Origin: the human T2T-CHM13v2.0 reference genome, Homo sapiens
Length of the DNA stretch: 64,000 nt
Assembly (NCBI RefSeq): GCF_009914755.1
Contig: NC_060946.1
Strand: one strand, 5' to 3'
Shown: positions 29,440 through 45,487 of the stretch, one piece after another
How the letters are laid out: every line of letters begins with the position of its first letter
How positions within the stretch are numbered: position 1 is the first letter of the stretch
Translations under genes and position numbers: made by a program
The notes under the pieces: generated by a model
What the model was told of the DNA's origin: nothing
What the model saw: the letters and a program-made list of their open reading frames with translations, nothing else
Databases searched by the model: none

Positions 29440-30590
29440 ATTACAGTATGACTAGAACATCTTTTAAATGAATGCTATTTGGTCACTGGATTCCTATAGT
29501 GAAAAAAAATTAATCCCTTTTATCACATCATATTAAAAAATAAGTCCAGATACACAATAGATTATTAGAATGTAAAATTTATCAGAGGCAAATTTTAAGT
29601 GAACTTCAGTACCAGAAAGATTTCTTAATCTAGACTCAGCAGCACTAACTGTAATGGAAAGGACTGATTTATTAGATGACTTGGCACTATTAGAACTTCT
29701 CTTTTTCAGTAGACTAAAAAGGCCATTCCATGAGTGGAAGGAAAATATTTGCTATCTAATATCCAGACCCTGGAAGAGGCAGAGGTTTCTTAAATAAGAT
29801 GCAAAGATCATTAATAAAAAATTTGTAAAACAGAAAATTAGACACAATCGAAATTAAGAACTTAAGTTCATAAAAATTATATCAATAAGACAAGAAAATA
29901 CACTCCTCAGATACAAATCAGAGAGCAAATTTCCAAACAACCCATAAACACAAGAACTGATGACCAATTCATGACTTATCAGGACAATAGAAACCAAGAC
30001 CACAAGGCAAACTTGTCTACACCTAGCAGAATAGCTACAATTTAAAAAGCTAGGAAGTACCAAGTGTTGGTGAGGATACAGAGAAATTGGAGCTCTGTTA
30101 CAGTAATGGTGAGAATTTAGTGATTACACTCATAGGTATATGACCCCAAAGAAACGCGTACTCATATAATCACAAAAAGCATGCCTAATAGATTCATAAC
30201 AGCATTATTTTTGCGAGTCAACAACTGGAAATGTCCCAAGTGCCAATCAGCAGTAAAATGGATTAGTGCATTATGGGAAACTTATACAATGGTACATTAG
30301 AGCAATATATAATAATAATCTGCAGTTACATGGAATAATATGACTTGCTTTCACGCACATTATTTTGAGCGTGTGTGTTTTATAAACAGGCAAAAGCAAT
30401 TTATTGTGTTAGAAGTCAAGATATTGATTAGGTTAGGTGAGGAAGGGTATTCATGGGCTGAGAGAATGAGAGATTTTTTTGAACACTGGGAATGCTCTGT
30501 TTCTTGGCTTGGGGTGTGGCTGGTCATACCACATGGATATAGGGATGTTTACTTTGTGATAATTTATCAAGTGGTCACCTTCTGAGCCAT
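29440..30590 (+). mobile_element. Ancient L1ME fragments including 3'UTR
   Basis: TACCAAGTGTTGGTGAGGATA, CTGGAAATGTCCCAAGTGCCAATCAGCAGTAAAATGGAT, TGTTAGAAGTCAAGATA. Confidence 0.7.
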
Positions 30591-31165
30591 ATATATACTC
30601 ATACACATAATTCCATAGCCAGAGCCTTACATAACGGAAGTGGATGGAGGTGGTGGTGGAGTGGGGGGCAGGTACCAGAGCTGGTGGTGAACTTGGCACA
30701 CATTATTTTAGGCATGAAGCATGAAATAGTTATTAACTTCAGAAAACGTTTTTATAAATATTATAACACAGTAAATGACTTTTTGTGCATGGCTCATATA
30801 TGTTTACATCATGAAAATTATATGAATGTTATGTCAATATCGACTCTAAACCAATCCTGGGATTATTCTATGCATGCAGTAAAGAGTTTGGTTGGAGGGA
30901 AAGTGTGCATGTCGGTTTTAGAATGATTGTAAGAAAATCAAATCCCCAACTTCTCTGGTAGGATGGCTATTAATATCTAATGGTGACAAATTAAAAATTG
31001 CAGTAAAAGAGCCTTTCTTAGATATATGACATCTCAAAAGAAATTGCTAAAATAGATTAAGTTATTGTTTCTAGGAAGCAAATGAAGAAAATATTGATGC
31101 AAAGGGATTCTTAAAAAAAAAAAAAAACACCTTGTAGAACTTGTAGTTTTTAAAACTACTTATTA

Positions 31166-31459
<294 letters not shown>

Positions 31460-31499
31460 CTATAACTTTATACATTTTTCTATAATATAAATAAAATCT

Positions 31500-34100
31500 G
31501 TAACAGTAATAGCTAAAGGTGCCATTTATATCAGTAAATGTCCACATAAATTTAATAACTCATACGTTCCATAAACTCTCAGAGAACGGGAAAGAGAGAT
31601 ACCCATCTCATTTCAATAATTGATACAATTATGACGTCACAGCTGAACAAGCAAGCACAGAAAAAAATGTATATTCAAATCTACTTTAAACAGATAAACA
31701 AATCCTAAATAACATTTAATATTAAGATCAACAAGATCTTAAAAGAATAAGACATCACCACCATACAGGGTTAATCAGAGGAATGTGAGAATGATTCAGG
31801 AAACCTATCAATGGGGCATTACACTAGGAGAATAAAGGAAAAACTTTAATTATCTCACTAGCTGCTGAAGAAGCATTTGATAAAAGTCAATGCTCATTCC
31901 TGATAAAAAACCACTTAGAAAACGAAGACAGTAATCAAACGCTCTTATCTCAATAAAAAGTATTTACCAGAAAATGGAAGCAAGCATCATACTTAATGGT
32001 GAAACATTAGTGATGTTTTCTCATATTAGCTCCGCCAGGATGTCCACCATATATCACCGTTTAACATTGCGCAGAAGGTTCTACCAATGTAAAAATGAAA
32101 AAAGTAACTGTAGCGATATGACAGTACATATATGAGAATATTCTTTCCCATAAAAATGCAAAAGCACAAACTGATAAATTGCTGGAACCGGCCGTGAGAG
32201 TTCACCAACCTGGAGCTGAATATATCAACCTATGAAAATCAATAGCTTTTCTATAACCAGCAACAATCAAATAGAACAGGTAATAGAAAAAAAAGCATTC
32301 TATTCCGGGCCAAAATAATAATACAAAAGAACTCCGGACAATTCTTACCTACTGGAAGAGTAAAAGTTGGCCTGAGTAGCTGAAGAGACATTCATTGTTG
32401 ATCAGAGTAGATCAACACTCTAGCCAACACTCAAAAACTCTCAGTGGCTTAGCAAAATGGACATCCATTTCAGCTCACACGAATGAGCTGATGTTCAGCA
32501 TGGACTTCTGGGATGTGACCTTCCATGTGGCTATTCAGGGACCCGGACTCCTTCCAGCTTGTGTTTCCTGAACCCTCGGTGGCCTCAGGTTTCCCTGCGA
32601 GGTCTCTGCTTGCATGTGGAAGGCAACCAAAGGAGATTGAGAGACAGTGCAGACGATTCCTATGGGCCAGACCTGGAGGCCAGGAGCATCATTTCTGCCC
32701 ACGTTTCATCATCTGGAACTTAGTCACGTCGTCACACCCAGAGTGAAGGAAGATGAAAAATATCACTCCCTCTGTGTCCTGGAAGAAAAGGAAAGTGGTT
32801 TGGGAGAGGCTTCCGAATGTTTGGCAACCCGGGAAAGACTTAATGCTGAAAGGGTGTCATTTCTCTCCAACAACTCATGCATCCCGTCGGTATCTCCAAC
32901 AAATTCCAATTGGTTTTAATAGGGAAACTGATGATCTGATTCTCAAGTTTGTATGGCCAATAAATGTATGGAAATAGCCAGTACAATTTTGAAAAAATGC
33001 ACCATGGGCATGACTGTGGATGTGGGTTTGCCTTATTTGATGTGCCGTAGGTGGAACAATAAACACAATGTGACATTAGTGCAATATCAATACATAACGG
33101 AAGAGAAAAGGCGATCTGGAAACAAATGGACACATCAGGGGATTTGCACATAATCAGATTAAATTCATAGACAGTAAAAGTGACTTTTCAAGTTAATGAG
33201 GACTAAAGATCTATCTAATAAGTGATTTTGGAATATTTGACTACCCATTTGCTAAAAGAAATGTCAATGGATCATAACTTATATGTTAATAAATTTCAGT
33301 TTTATTAAAGATTTAAACCTAACAAATATCAATATAATCTGAGGCAGGAGAAAGCATAGTGATATGAATGAATTAGAAACCATATGGAGAAAGACTGACA
33401 AATTCCCCATGATAAGTAACACAGTACACAAAGTTAATTGATATCTGGCAGAATGACAAAAATATTTCAACAGAAACAGGCAGGATTTTAATATTCAGAA
33501 TTTAGAAAGCATTCACACACATCAACAACAAAAAGACAACGCAGTAGAATGTAGTCAAAGAATATGGATGGCTGATTGACTGAACATTATTAAAATGGCC
33601 ACTAAACACATTAAAAGAATATCAAATATAAACTAAAACAAGATTTTTTGCCTCTCGTATTAGGGAAAAAGCATAAAAAACCATCATGTGAAATGCTGGG
33701 GAGGAGGTACTGTCTGCATTTTGGTGGGAGCATGCATTGGAAAGGCCTTTAAAAGGGTAGCTTGTTAATCAACTGATTACAAAATCCATAGACTCTGATC
33801 CAGTACTTGTATTTTAGGAATCTGGATCAAAGAAGAGCCAACCCATGTTCATGAGACATGTATGCATGCATGTACAATTTGTTTTCTTCACAGCATTATT
33901 TGTAATTGCAAAAACATGAAAACAAATCGTCATTAAGACAGAATGGTTACATTAATAATCACAAATCCAATCAATGAAATGCTACAAAAGAGTTAGAAAT
34001 GGAGAAAGATCTAAAGGCTGATTTGTAAAATTAATAAGATGTATAGCTAAGTGAAAGAAGCAAGTTGTTGACAGGGTATGATATAATTCCACTCATGTTG
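31500..34100 (+). mobile_element. Ancient L1ME ORF2/3'UTR fragments interrupted by an MLT1 LTR
   Basis: GAAGCATTTGATAAAAGTCAA, CATCATACTTAATGGTGAAA, CAGCATTATTTGTAATTGCAAAA. Confidence 0.7.
32400..32825 (-). mobile_element. Old MaLR LTR (MLT1J/MLT1I-like)
   Basis: CTCAGTGGCTTAG, ATTCAGGGACCCGGACTCCTTCCA, CATTTCTGCCCACG, TGTGTCCTGGAAGAAAAGGAA. Confidence 0.65.
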
Positions 34101-34834
34101 GCACACACATAGATACATATGAAAGAGAGAGAGAGACAGACAGAGTCGAAGAGAATGGTAGAGAGAGAGAAAGGGAGAGCACGTCAGGTTGCCTACTCAA
34201 TGCATTGCTTTGAAGGCATTTGGTCAATGAGTACCAATAAGAATGTGATGATCTGAAGAGCACGTCCTAATTTGGCAGGGTATGCTTCCAGAATCCTTTT
34301 AAAGGAAAATGTATCAGCAAGTTACATACATAGTAAGTAACAAAAGACAAAGAAATTAAGCATGTAACTACCTCCCTTACTTCTTCCTTTCTCCTTTCTC
34401 TCTCCTAAGAACAATTCCTTGCCTGTATTAGCATCTCCGATGACAAACCTCCCCCGCTGCCTCCATGCCCCTTCCCCAACTCTAAGGTTCTTGGCAGTGT
34501 GCTGAGGACTGCAGCCCCCATCCCTATCACTTCCTATCAGTTGCTGCTGGAGCCATTGAAGGACCCACCCTCAGCTCTGGTTCTGTCCATGCATCCCCTC
34601 CAGAGGCCGCCGGAGAACTCAGGGAAGGTGGAGTAAGGAGGCTGCCCAGAGAGCAAAGCAGGCGTCTGCTCTGGCAAGACCAACCCTATGTGTCAGCAAC
34701 ACTGAAGCTTTCCCTTGGTGTCTCTCTAGGAGATTTTGGGAGACTTTGGAAGATCTCCCCTTGCCCTGCTGGTGCCACCCCGGTGACTCTTGCTTCCGAA
34801 CTGCTCCTTGTTGTTGCCTGTGGAATTGCACTAG

Positions 34835-35250
<416 letters not shown>

Positions 35251-35696
35251 TGGTCCTTACTTCTTACTCATTGTCATCAATTGTCCAGAGCTTCCTCTGT
35301 GACACCCAGAATGTAATTTCCAACTCTGTCTCCAGTCCTGACCTCACTCTAAGTGCACAGGCGCTGTGGGGAGTCTCCACCAGTGGACCTCAGAGCACTG
35401 CTGTTGGGCATGCTGGCCAGAGCCCTGCAGCCTGCTTCCCTGGGTACCCCGCACACCCCTGTGGGGCTGAGGGCAACCCCGGAGAGATTAGGCACCAGTC
35501 AGCTCAAGGTCTAGAGTGGCAGCTGCCCTGGGGGTCTAGGGATCCCCACACTGCTGCTCCCACAAGACCCTCTCCCACTGTGGTCTCCACTTCCAGCGTT
35601 CTGGGAAATTCAGCCACAGGAGGCTTATGTACTGACATTTCCACTGTAGCAAGCTCCCTTGGGTTTCCTGTGCCTCACAACTTCTGCCCATAGGTA

Positions 35697-35776
35697 TATC
35701 CTCCACATGTATTATACACACATCAATATGACATAGCCGTATCCTCCACATGTATCACACACACACCAATATGACA
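35697..35776. repeat. Tandem duplication, period 43 bp
   Basis: TATCCTCCACATGTAT...CAATATGACA twice, 3 T/C differences. Confidence 0.9.
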
Positions 35777-36034
35777 AGGTGAAATGGAGACCATACGTGT
35801 GAATGGAATGGAAACCAGCATTTCTGGAGCATCCACTGTGTGTCCTCTGCTATACGGGCTGCATCCCATGTAGAATCTGTAATTCTCACAATAACCTTGG
35901 GTAGGTGGATATTACACTGACTTTAGATATGAGAAAAATATGACCAAATCCTATTCTCAATTTTCACTAAAAGTATGGCCTCGGGAAAATTGCTTAAAAT
36001 CATTTAGATTCAGTTTAGAGTTGAGGCAAAAGGT

Positions 36035-36737
<703 letters not shown>

Positions 36738-37182
36738 AAGTCTTTGGAATTTGACCAACTTTTTATTGGCCAAATATTATGTGCCTTGGACTGTGCTAGG
36801 CAACGTGGATCAGACAGAGGTGGCCCAGACATAGCCCTATGTCGCCAATTATCCATAGCCTATCAGCAAGCAAATTAAATATACATACATTAAATGAATA
36901 CAATCCTGTGAACAGGTATCAAGTACCACTGCCACAATGGACATGGTGGTAAGTAGCAAGGACACTGAGGTTTGTATTAAAAGTCACAGCACTATCCTGA
37001 AAACAGCAATTGACTTGCCATCAGGAGATGGCATCAGGGTCATTGAAATCCTGACGGTGAAAATAAGCACAAGTATTTTAACCATATCAGCTTTGTCAGA
37101 AAAGGGATACATTACTTCATCCACTTAGTCATTTCAGTGATTCTCAAATGCATAAACTAGATGATTTGAAAATATATGTTCT

Positions 37183-37455
37183 GAGCAGACACCATGGCTC
37201 ATGCTTGTAATCCTAGAACTTTGGGAGGTCGAGGTGGGTGGACTGCTTGAGCCCAAGAGTTTGAGACCAGCCTTCGCAACATGCTGAAACCCTGTCCCTA
37301 CAAAAAATACATAAAGTAGTCGGGCTTGGTGGCGTGCACCTGTAGTCCAGCTACTCGGGGGGCAGAAGTGGAATGATCACTCAAGCCTGTGATCCTGCCA
37401 CTGCCCTCCATCCTGCACAACAGAGTGAGACTCTATCTCAAAAAGAAAAAGAAAA
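37183..37455 (+). mobile_element. AluJ with right-arm deletion
   Basis: CTTGAGCCCAAGAGTTTG; TSD GAAAATATAT(G/C)TTCT. Confidence 0.9.
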
Positions 37456-37646
37456 GAAAATATATCTTCTTAAATAACAATCACAGATATAGAGGATAAA
37501 ATATAACAGAAATTCTTCATATGCACAGCTGAGTTTTTGTGAAATAAAGGCAACAAATTTAAAGAAAACCCAAAACAAGCATAGTTTTATAACACTGAAG
37601 CCAATGTTTCCTTAGGGGGCATTTTTACCCACCTTATAAACGTGAC

Positions 37647-37939
<293 letters not shown>

Positions 37940-38301
37940 TAAAATACTTTTTAAAAAAACGAAAAGATAAATCTTTGAGTCCATGCAAGGATGGGAGATG
38001 TAAAAGTGGCTCACATAAAATTACTGGGAACTTGAGAAAATGCACATTCAGTAAAGTGCTACCAGAAAAAAAAAATCCATCTTCCAACATAGTGGAACAC
38101 AGGACAGTCTCAAGTAAGACCCCAGGAAAATGCAGAAAACATGAGTCTTGTGATCATTGATGGTATGAATCATTAAATCGCCTAGACTGGGGCTTGACAT
38201 TACATTTATTATCTGGTTTAAGAAACTCCAAGTGAAGCAATTAACATGAGGTAAGCCTTGACTGTTAGAACCTGAGGAAGCTTGTTAGACACAGACTAAA
38301 T

Positions 38302-38606
38302 CGTTGCTCCCCAGTCTTTCTGGCACGGGGGTATGGAGCTGGGGGATGGTTTTGGGATGGAACTGTTCCACCTCAGATCATCGGGCATTAGATTCTCATA
38401 AGGGGCCCACAACCCAGATCCCTCACATGTGCAGTTCACAGAGGGTTTGCCCTCTCATGAGACTCTAAGGCCACCTTTGATCTGACAGGAGGGAGAGCTC
38501 AGGTGGTGATGTGAGCTCATGGGCTGCTCAACGCCTGCTGTGCCATCCAGTAACTAACATGGCGTGGATGGGTACTGGTCTTCCGCCTGGAGACTGGGGA
38601 CCACTG
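38302..38606 (+). mobile_element. MER1B-like hAT-Charlie element
   Basis: ACTGTTCCACCTCAGATCATC, ATTAGATTCTCATAAGG; terminal GGGGACCACTG; 8-bp TSD GACTAAAT/GTCTAAAT. Confidence 0.88.
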
Positions 38607-38619
38607 GTCTAAATAAGCG

Positions 38620-40600
38620 CTGTAGAATCACCCTTTCCCTCATGGATGCTGCATGGTTTCTACCAGGTAAGTGTCCACAAACATAAGGCCACTCTCTAAA
38701 ACCACAACACACTTCAGCAAGCAACTCACAACAGGAACAGGAGTCATCCCAAACAACAAAAGGCAGATCTGACCACTGAGAAGTTAAAATAACAGAATTT
38801 TTGGAAACAAAGTGTAAAACGTGTACACTTAAGATACATAAAAGGAAAGCACTAAAAACACACACACAAAAACACCCCAAGATATGATTTAAAAAACACC
38901 AGAGAGATTTAGAGAAACAGAAACAAAACAAGGAAGCATTTTATGAATAATACGTATAGTTAATAAAATTAAAACTTGAAGGATGATGTACTAAGTATTG
39001 GGTTTGGTGAGCCGGGCACGGTGGCTCATGCCTGTAATCCCAGCACTTTAGGAGGCTGAGGTGGGTGGATCACAAGGTCAGGAGTTTGAGACCAGCCTGT
39101 CCAATATGGTGAAACCCCATCTCTACTAAAAATGCAAAAATTAGCTGGGCATGGTGGTGCGTGCCTGTAATCCCAGCTACTTGGGAGGCTGAGGCAGGGG
39201 AATCGCTTGAATCCAGGAAGCGGAGGTTGCAGTGAGCCAAGTTCACAGAGCGAGACTCCGTGTCAAAAAGAAAAAAGAAATGGGTTTGGTGTAGGTAAAG
39301 AAAGAATTATGGAAATGGAGTCTAAACCTGAGGAAATTTTATATGGAGCACCTAAAGAGAAAGTTGAGGAATATACATAAGTGAAGTTGAAATGATAGCG
39401 TTTGAAATGTATAGCATACTATATCCAAAAATAGAAAATAGAAGAATGGGGGATAATTTTTAACCTTGGAGTAATAACCTTTAAGAAATTGGTGCAAAGA
39501 TAATTAATGACATAAATTAATGTTAGTGTGAATAACTCTAAACAATTATTGGCTGTGTCAAATATTTTTAATAACTAATTTCTGAGATAAAAAAATATGA
39601 GGGACTGAAACACAGGGAAATTAACAAAATATTTGTAAGGGGAAATAGGATTAAGCCATTATAAAGTCTTTGTACTGTTAAGCATGAGGATAAAAATACT
39701 GAAAAATTTTAAACTTGGTAACGTGTAGGTTAAGTAAAGCCTCTAATTTCAAAAACAGTAGGAGTGTAGTAGATTTCAAAAACTTGTATTAAACAGAAAT
39801 ATTGAAGTAGCAGAGGCAAGACAAAAAGAAAGTCCAAAATATAGAAAAAATAAACCCAACTGTATGAATAATCAGAATAAATGCAAATAGATGAAACTCA
39901 CAAGTTCAAGATAGAGAAGCTGAAATTCTAGAAGAAATGTCTAGTGGAATATTTGTCAGAGACACATTTAAACACACATAAATACTGAAAACTCAAAAAG
40001 TAAAAATAAAATAAAATAAAATAAGGTATATCAGACCAAAATGGAAAGCAAGTATAATACTGCATTCATCAACAATATGGTCCACATTTTTTCCTAAAGC
40101 TGGGCCATGGCAAACCCTCCCAACACCCTAATTTCCAAAGACTGAAATAAGTGTAACTTATCTGAATGCAATGTAATTCATCTAGGAATCAATTAAAAGA
40201 GAACTAGAAAACCCCAACTCCTTAGAACTTGAACCATACATTTCCAAATAATCTTTGAGTGAAAAATACCAAAAAGAAATTAAACCAATACTTTGGTTAT
40301 TAGGATATAGCACATCAAACTTGGTGGAATGGAGCTAAAGTAGTGCTTGGAGGGAAATTTAAGACTTGAGTACATATTTTAGAAAAGAAGAAAAGAAAAA
40401 TTTTAAAAGTGACTAAAGATTTAATAGAAGAAAAAGCAGTAATAATGGACTCCTTTTAAAGATCAACTTTCTGTCAATAAATGTCTAAGTGTAGACAAAC
40501 ACGAATAATGTTCCCAAAACATACACATCAGACCAATTCAGAATGAAAAAAGAAAACAGTGAATATTCTGATCACCATGAAAAGAACCAAATCAGTCATT
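38620..40600 (+). mobile_element. Ancient L1M/HAL1-like fragments
   Basis: A-rich L1 sense motifs (AGCTAAAGTAGTGCTTGGAGGGAAATTT, ATAAATGCAAATAGATGAAACTC). Confidence 0.55.
39010..39280 (+). mobile_element. AluSg-like with internal deletion near the 3' end
   Basis: GAGCCAAGTTC|ACAGAGCGAGAC junction; TSD TGGGTTTGGTG. Confidence 0.93.
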
Positions 40601-40977
40601 AAAAACCCAGTGTGCCAGGGATCTCCACTTGTGGTTATGATATAGGAAGCTGTGAAAACCTTAACTCCCAGGATAACACCATGAAGAGCCTGAACAAACA
40701 AATTTGGTGCTTCTTTATGAGAAGAGTGAAAAGCGGTGGATGAAATCTTTATTAAGTGATTTCCAGAGAGAGATAAGTCCTTCATAGAAGTATAGATGGA
40801 CAGATATGGGCTTTCATGTACCAGAGGCACGTGCCTGGCCTGAGCAAGGATGGGGTCCCATAAACTGAGAGACCCTGAAAGAATAAGGAAATATTAGCTC
40901 CGTTCTGGACGTCAGTGTGGGCTGGCAAGATGGAGTGGAGTTTGGAAGAACCCTGAGTTCAAATAGAGGTCTTCTGA

Positions 40978-41570
<593 letters not shown>

Positions 41571-41599
41571 AATAGGCCCCTTCACAGAGTTTTGATAGG

Positions 41600-44259
41600 A
41601 AAACGATGGAGGAGAACAGGCTGGTGAGCAGGAGACTGTGTTACTACCCCACTGCCTCACCGTGCCCAAACAGTGGGCATGCACCCAAACTCCTCCAGAT
41701 GCAATGTTGATAAGATAAAGAAATGCTCCAGCTTTGGAGGTTAGGGGCTGGGCGAATCACAAGTTACAACAGTCTGACTGGAGTTGCAGCCCAGATCAAC
41801 TCCAATTGACCTGTGAGACTCCCTAGGGGTTGGCCTCACCCTAACCACAGACAGAGAGAAGGGTCTCTCTGGGATGCAAACCAGAAAGACCCAAAACATC
41901 AACACAGAACAAAATATGTCAGTCTCTAGTGCTCTTTAATATACAATGCCTGAAATAAAATAGTATGATATTTTCAAACAGCCACCAGACAGCAGCACCT
42001 AGAGGCAGGGTGAAAGATGTCTGATTCATTGTAATAAGCAGGCAAGGACCTTAAAACAGCTCTTGTCAAAGTTTAATGCTGTAAACTGAAATATGTATAT
42101 AATGGCTGAAGAGATGGAATATTTCAGAGCAAAAGGGAAATTCTAAAAGAGAAACAAATGAAATTTTAGAGTAAAAAGCACAATATCTGATATTAAAACA
42201 AAAAAATTAAATAGGCTGGAAGTACATTAGAAATGGAAGGAGACAGTACCAGTGAAGTTGAAGACAAGTCAGTACTAATTTTCCAAAATGAAGCAGAGAG
42301 AAAAAATATTGAATTAAAAATGGAACAAAGCATCAGTAATGTGTAGTTTAAAGAAATCTGTCTAATATGCATAAAATTAGAGTATGGAAGGAGAGGAAAT
42401 AAGAATGAGGCAATAAAGTATTTGAATGAATATTTACTAAGCTTTTTTTTTTCAATTTGATAAAATGGAAAATGAATCCACAAATCTAGGAAGTTCAGTG
42501 GAGTTCAAGAGAGTGAGTTCAACGCACCAAGGGTCATCAGAGTCAAAATACTGAAAACCTAAGAAAAAGAGAAAATCTTAAAAGTCATCAGTACAGAGGG
42601 AGGTTGCCACGTCACATAAAGCAGAACAATTATAAGAATGATAGCTGGCTTCCAAAACAATATAAGCCAGGGGAAGGAGTAACAATAACATCTTTAAAGT
42701 TCTGAAAGAAAGAAAAATACTTTCAACCTAGAATTTCATATCCAGTGAAATTATCTTCCAAAGTTAGAAAAATCAGATAAATGCAAACTGACAGACGTCA
42801 TAGTCCACACTACAAAAAAATGTAAAAACAAATATCATGCTGAAGAGACATTTTGCCAGATGGAATCTCAGTTCAACAAGAAGGCATAAAATATGCCAAA
42901 AATGATAAATATAGGATTGAATTTGAAAGACTGTATGTTTTGTTCACTTGTCTTAAATATATAAAAGACAATTGAGTCATTGGAGGAAAAGTAATAGGTA
43001 ATGCATATGGTGGGATTTATAACATACAGTAAAGTATATGAAAATGAAACACAAAGAATGATCAGGGATAAACAGGAGACACACTATTATGGTTTTACAT
43101 CATAGTGATGCTAAAATGTTACTTCATGGTAGATTTGTTTAAATTAAGAATACCTGTTGTAATACCTACAGAAATCACTAAAAAGAAAGAGATATACCTA
43201 AAAACCAATTAAAAGAGATAAGATGGAATAGAAAACCACTTTATAAATAAAAAAGAAAGCAGGAGTAAAAAACATAGGATAAATATAAACCAAATTGCAA
43301 CATGGTGGACTTAATCCCAACCATACTGATAATTACATTAAATATAAATGGTTTAGAATTTCTCCTTCCACCTTCCAAAGGAGTAATTGCTATAGTACTT
43401 GCCATTCACCATAAAAACAAACAAGAAAACTGAAATAATTTACAAAACAACTGTTTTAAGATAGACAATAGGTAGCACAGAACTGCAAACAATGATCAAA
43501 GAGAAACAAATTAGGTGAACCCAATGATCACCTTGGACTTCTGCTTGGAGGCAATTTCTAGACCATGGTGCAAGGAAGGAGAAGCAAACCCAGAAATCTT
43601 GAGTTGAATAGACAGGATACAGTCAGCTGGGGCCAAGGTGTCTGGAATTTTCAGGGCAGAGTACAGGATAGGAGGAAGTTAGTCAGAGAAAAAGCTCCAG
43701 AAATCTGCACAGAAGTTCCTGTGAGACATGGGCTAAATATCAGTTTTCAGGTAAAATGGAAATGAAGACTCCATGAGGCACGTCATAAAAGAAATGCCAG
43801 GGGGAAAAATAATAAGGTCGAGGAAATAAATATTATGAGAATTAAAAAAGGAACAAAACTCTCAATCACAGAAAATATTATGAGTTACATACATAACCAA
43901 AGTAATTTAAAGATAAAATATTGAAATTAATAAGAAATTAAAAGATGTAAAAGCAAAGACAAAATATCAACCGCATTTCTGTATACTGAAAACAGCAACA
44001 AATACACCAAAACAACAAAACCTAGGAGTTTGTAGGAGTAAATTTAGCAAAAGAAATGTGAGACTTTACTGAAAAATACATTAAAATTTATTAAGGCCAT
44101 TAAAAAGAGCTAAGAAAGTGAAGTGATAAACCTGTGTGTAGATAGACAGTTGCAATATTATAAATATGTCTCTTTTCCCAGACTAACCTACAAAGTCAAA
44201 GGAAGCTTGACCAAAATTCTGTCAAGGCTCTGCATAGAATATGTCAAGTTGATTTTAAC
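41600..44259 (+). mobile_element. Ancient L1M 5'/ORF1/ORF2 fragments
   Basis: CAACCTAGAATTTCATATCCAGTGAAATTATC, TAATTACATTAAATATAAATGG, GAGTAAATTTAGCAAAAGAAATGTGAGAC. Confidence 0.7.
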
Positions 44260-44445
44260 GTTAGTTTTAATTTAATTTATTTGTGTAAATTTAAGAGGTA
44301 CAAGTGCAATTTTGTTACATGTGTAAATGTAAGAAGTACAAGTGCAATTTTGTTACATGGGTCTATTGCCTAGCATTAGAGTATGAGTTTTTAGTGTATC
44401 CCTCATCACTCAAATAATGTACATTGTACCCATTAAGTAATTTCT
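44260..44445 (-). mobile_element. Short L1PB-type (L1PB4-like) 3' end with internal 38-bp tandem duplication
   Basis: GTACAAGTGCAATTTTGTTACATG...TGTACATTGTACCCATTAAGTAATTTCT; duplicate copies at 44282-44319 and 44320-44357. Confidence 0.85.
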
Positions 44446-44795
44446 GAATGTTCTGAACTCTTTGCTATTCCACATAAAGTTAAAAATCTAGAAATTACTT
44501 AATCAATTTTAACTTTATATAGAAGAGCAAAGGGTTCAGAACATCCAAGAGAGTTTTGCTGCATCAGATATAATGATTTATTATAAAGGTGACCTGAGCA
44601 AGACCACGTGGTCCTGGCCACATGGATTAACTCATAGACTCTTGGGACAGAGAAAGAGGCAGCCTCCCTCTCTCCAACCCCCAGAAGTACATCTCACTTA
44701 ATTAGAAACTTGGTAAGTGACAGAGACAGAGCTTCACACATTTAAAGAAAATATGTATGACATTATGGTGAATAACGCATTTTTACCTTAGTCTT

Positions 44796-45093
<298 letters not shown>

Positions 45094-45186
45094 ACCTTAG
45101 TCTTAAACTGCACAAATTATGAAGGATAATATAAACAAACTCAGTGACATTAAAATAAAAATGTTTGTATTTAAAAAGACACTATA

Positions 45187-45473
45187 GGACCGGGCGCGGT
45201 GGCTCACGCCTATAATTTCAGCACTTTGGGAGACTGAGGCAGGTGGATCATGAGGTCAAGAGATCCAGGCCATCCTGGCCAACACGGTGAAACCCCGGCT
45301 CTACTAAAAATACAAAACAATTAGCTGGGCATGGTGGCACGCGCCTGTTATCCCAGCTACTCAGGAGGCTGAGGCAGGAGAATGACTTGAACCTGGTTGC
45401 AGTGAGCCGAGATCACACCACTGCACTCCAGCCTGAGCAACAGAACAAGACTCCATCTCAAAAAATAATTAAA
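45187..45473 (+). mobile_element. AluSc
   Basis: GAGGTCAAGAGATC...CATCCTGGCCAAC; TSD AAAAAGACACTATA. Confidence 0.94.
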
Positions 45474-45487
45474 AAAAAGACACTATA

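Noticed and set aside
30620-30930. Possible old DNA-transposon fragment
   Set aside because: Could not match termini or family with enough confidence
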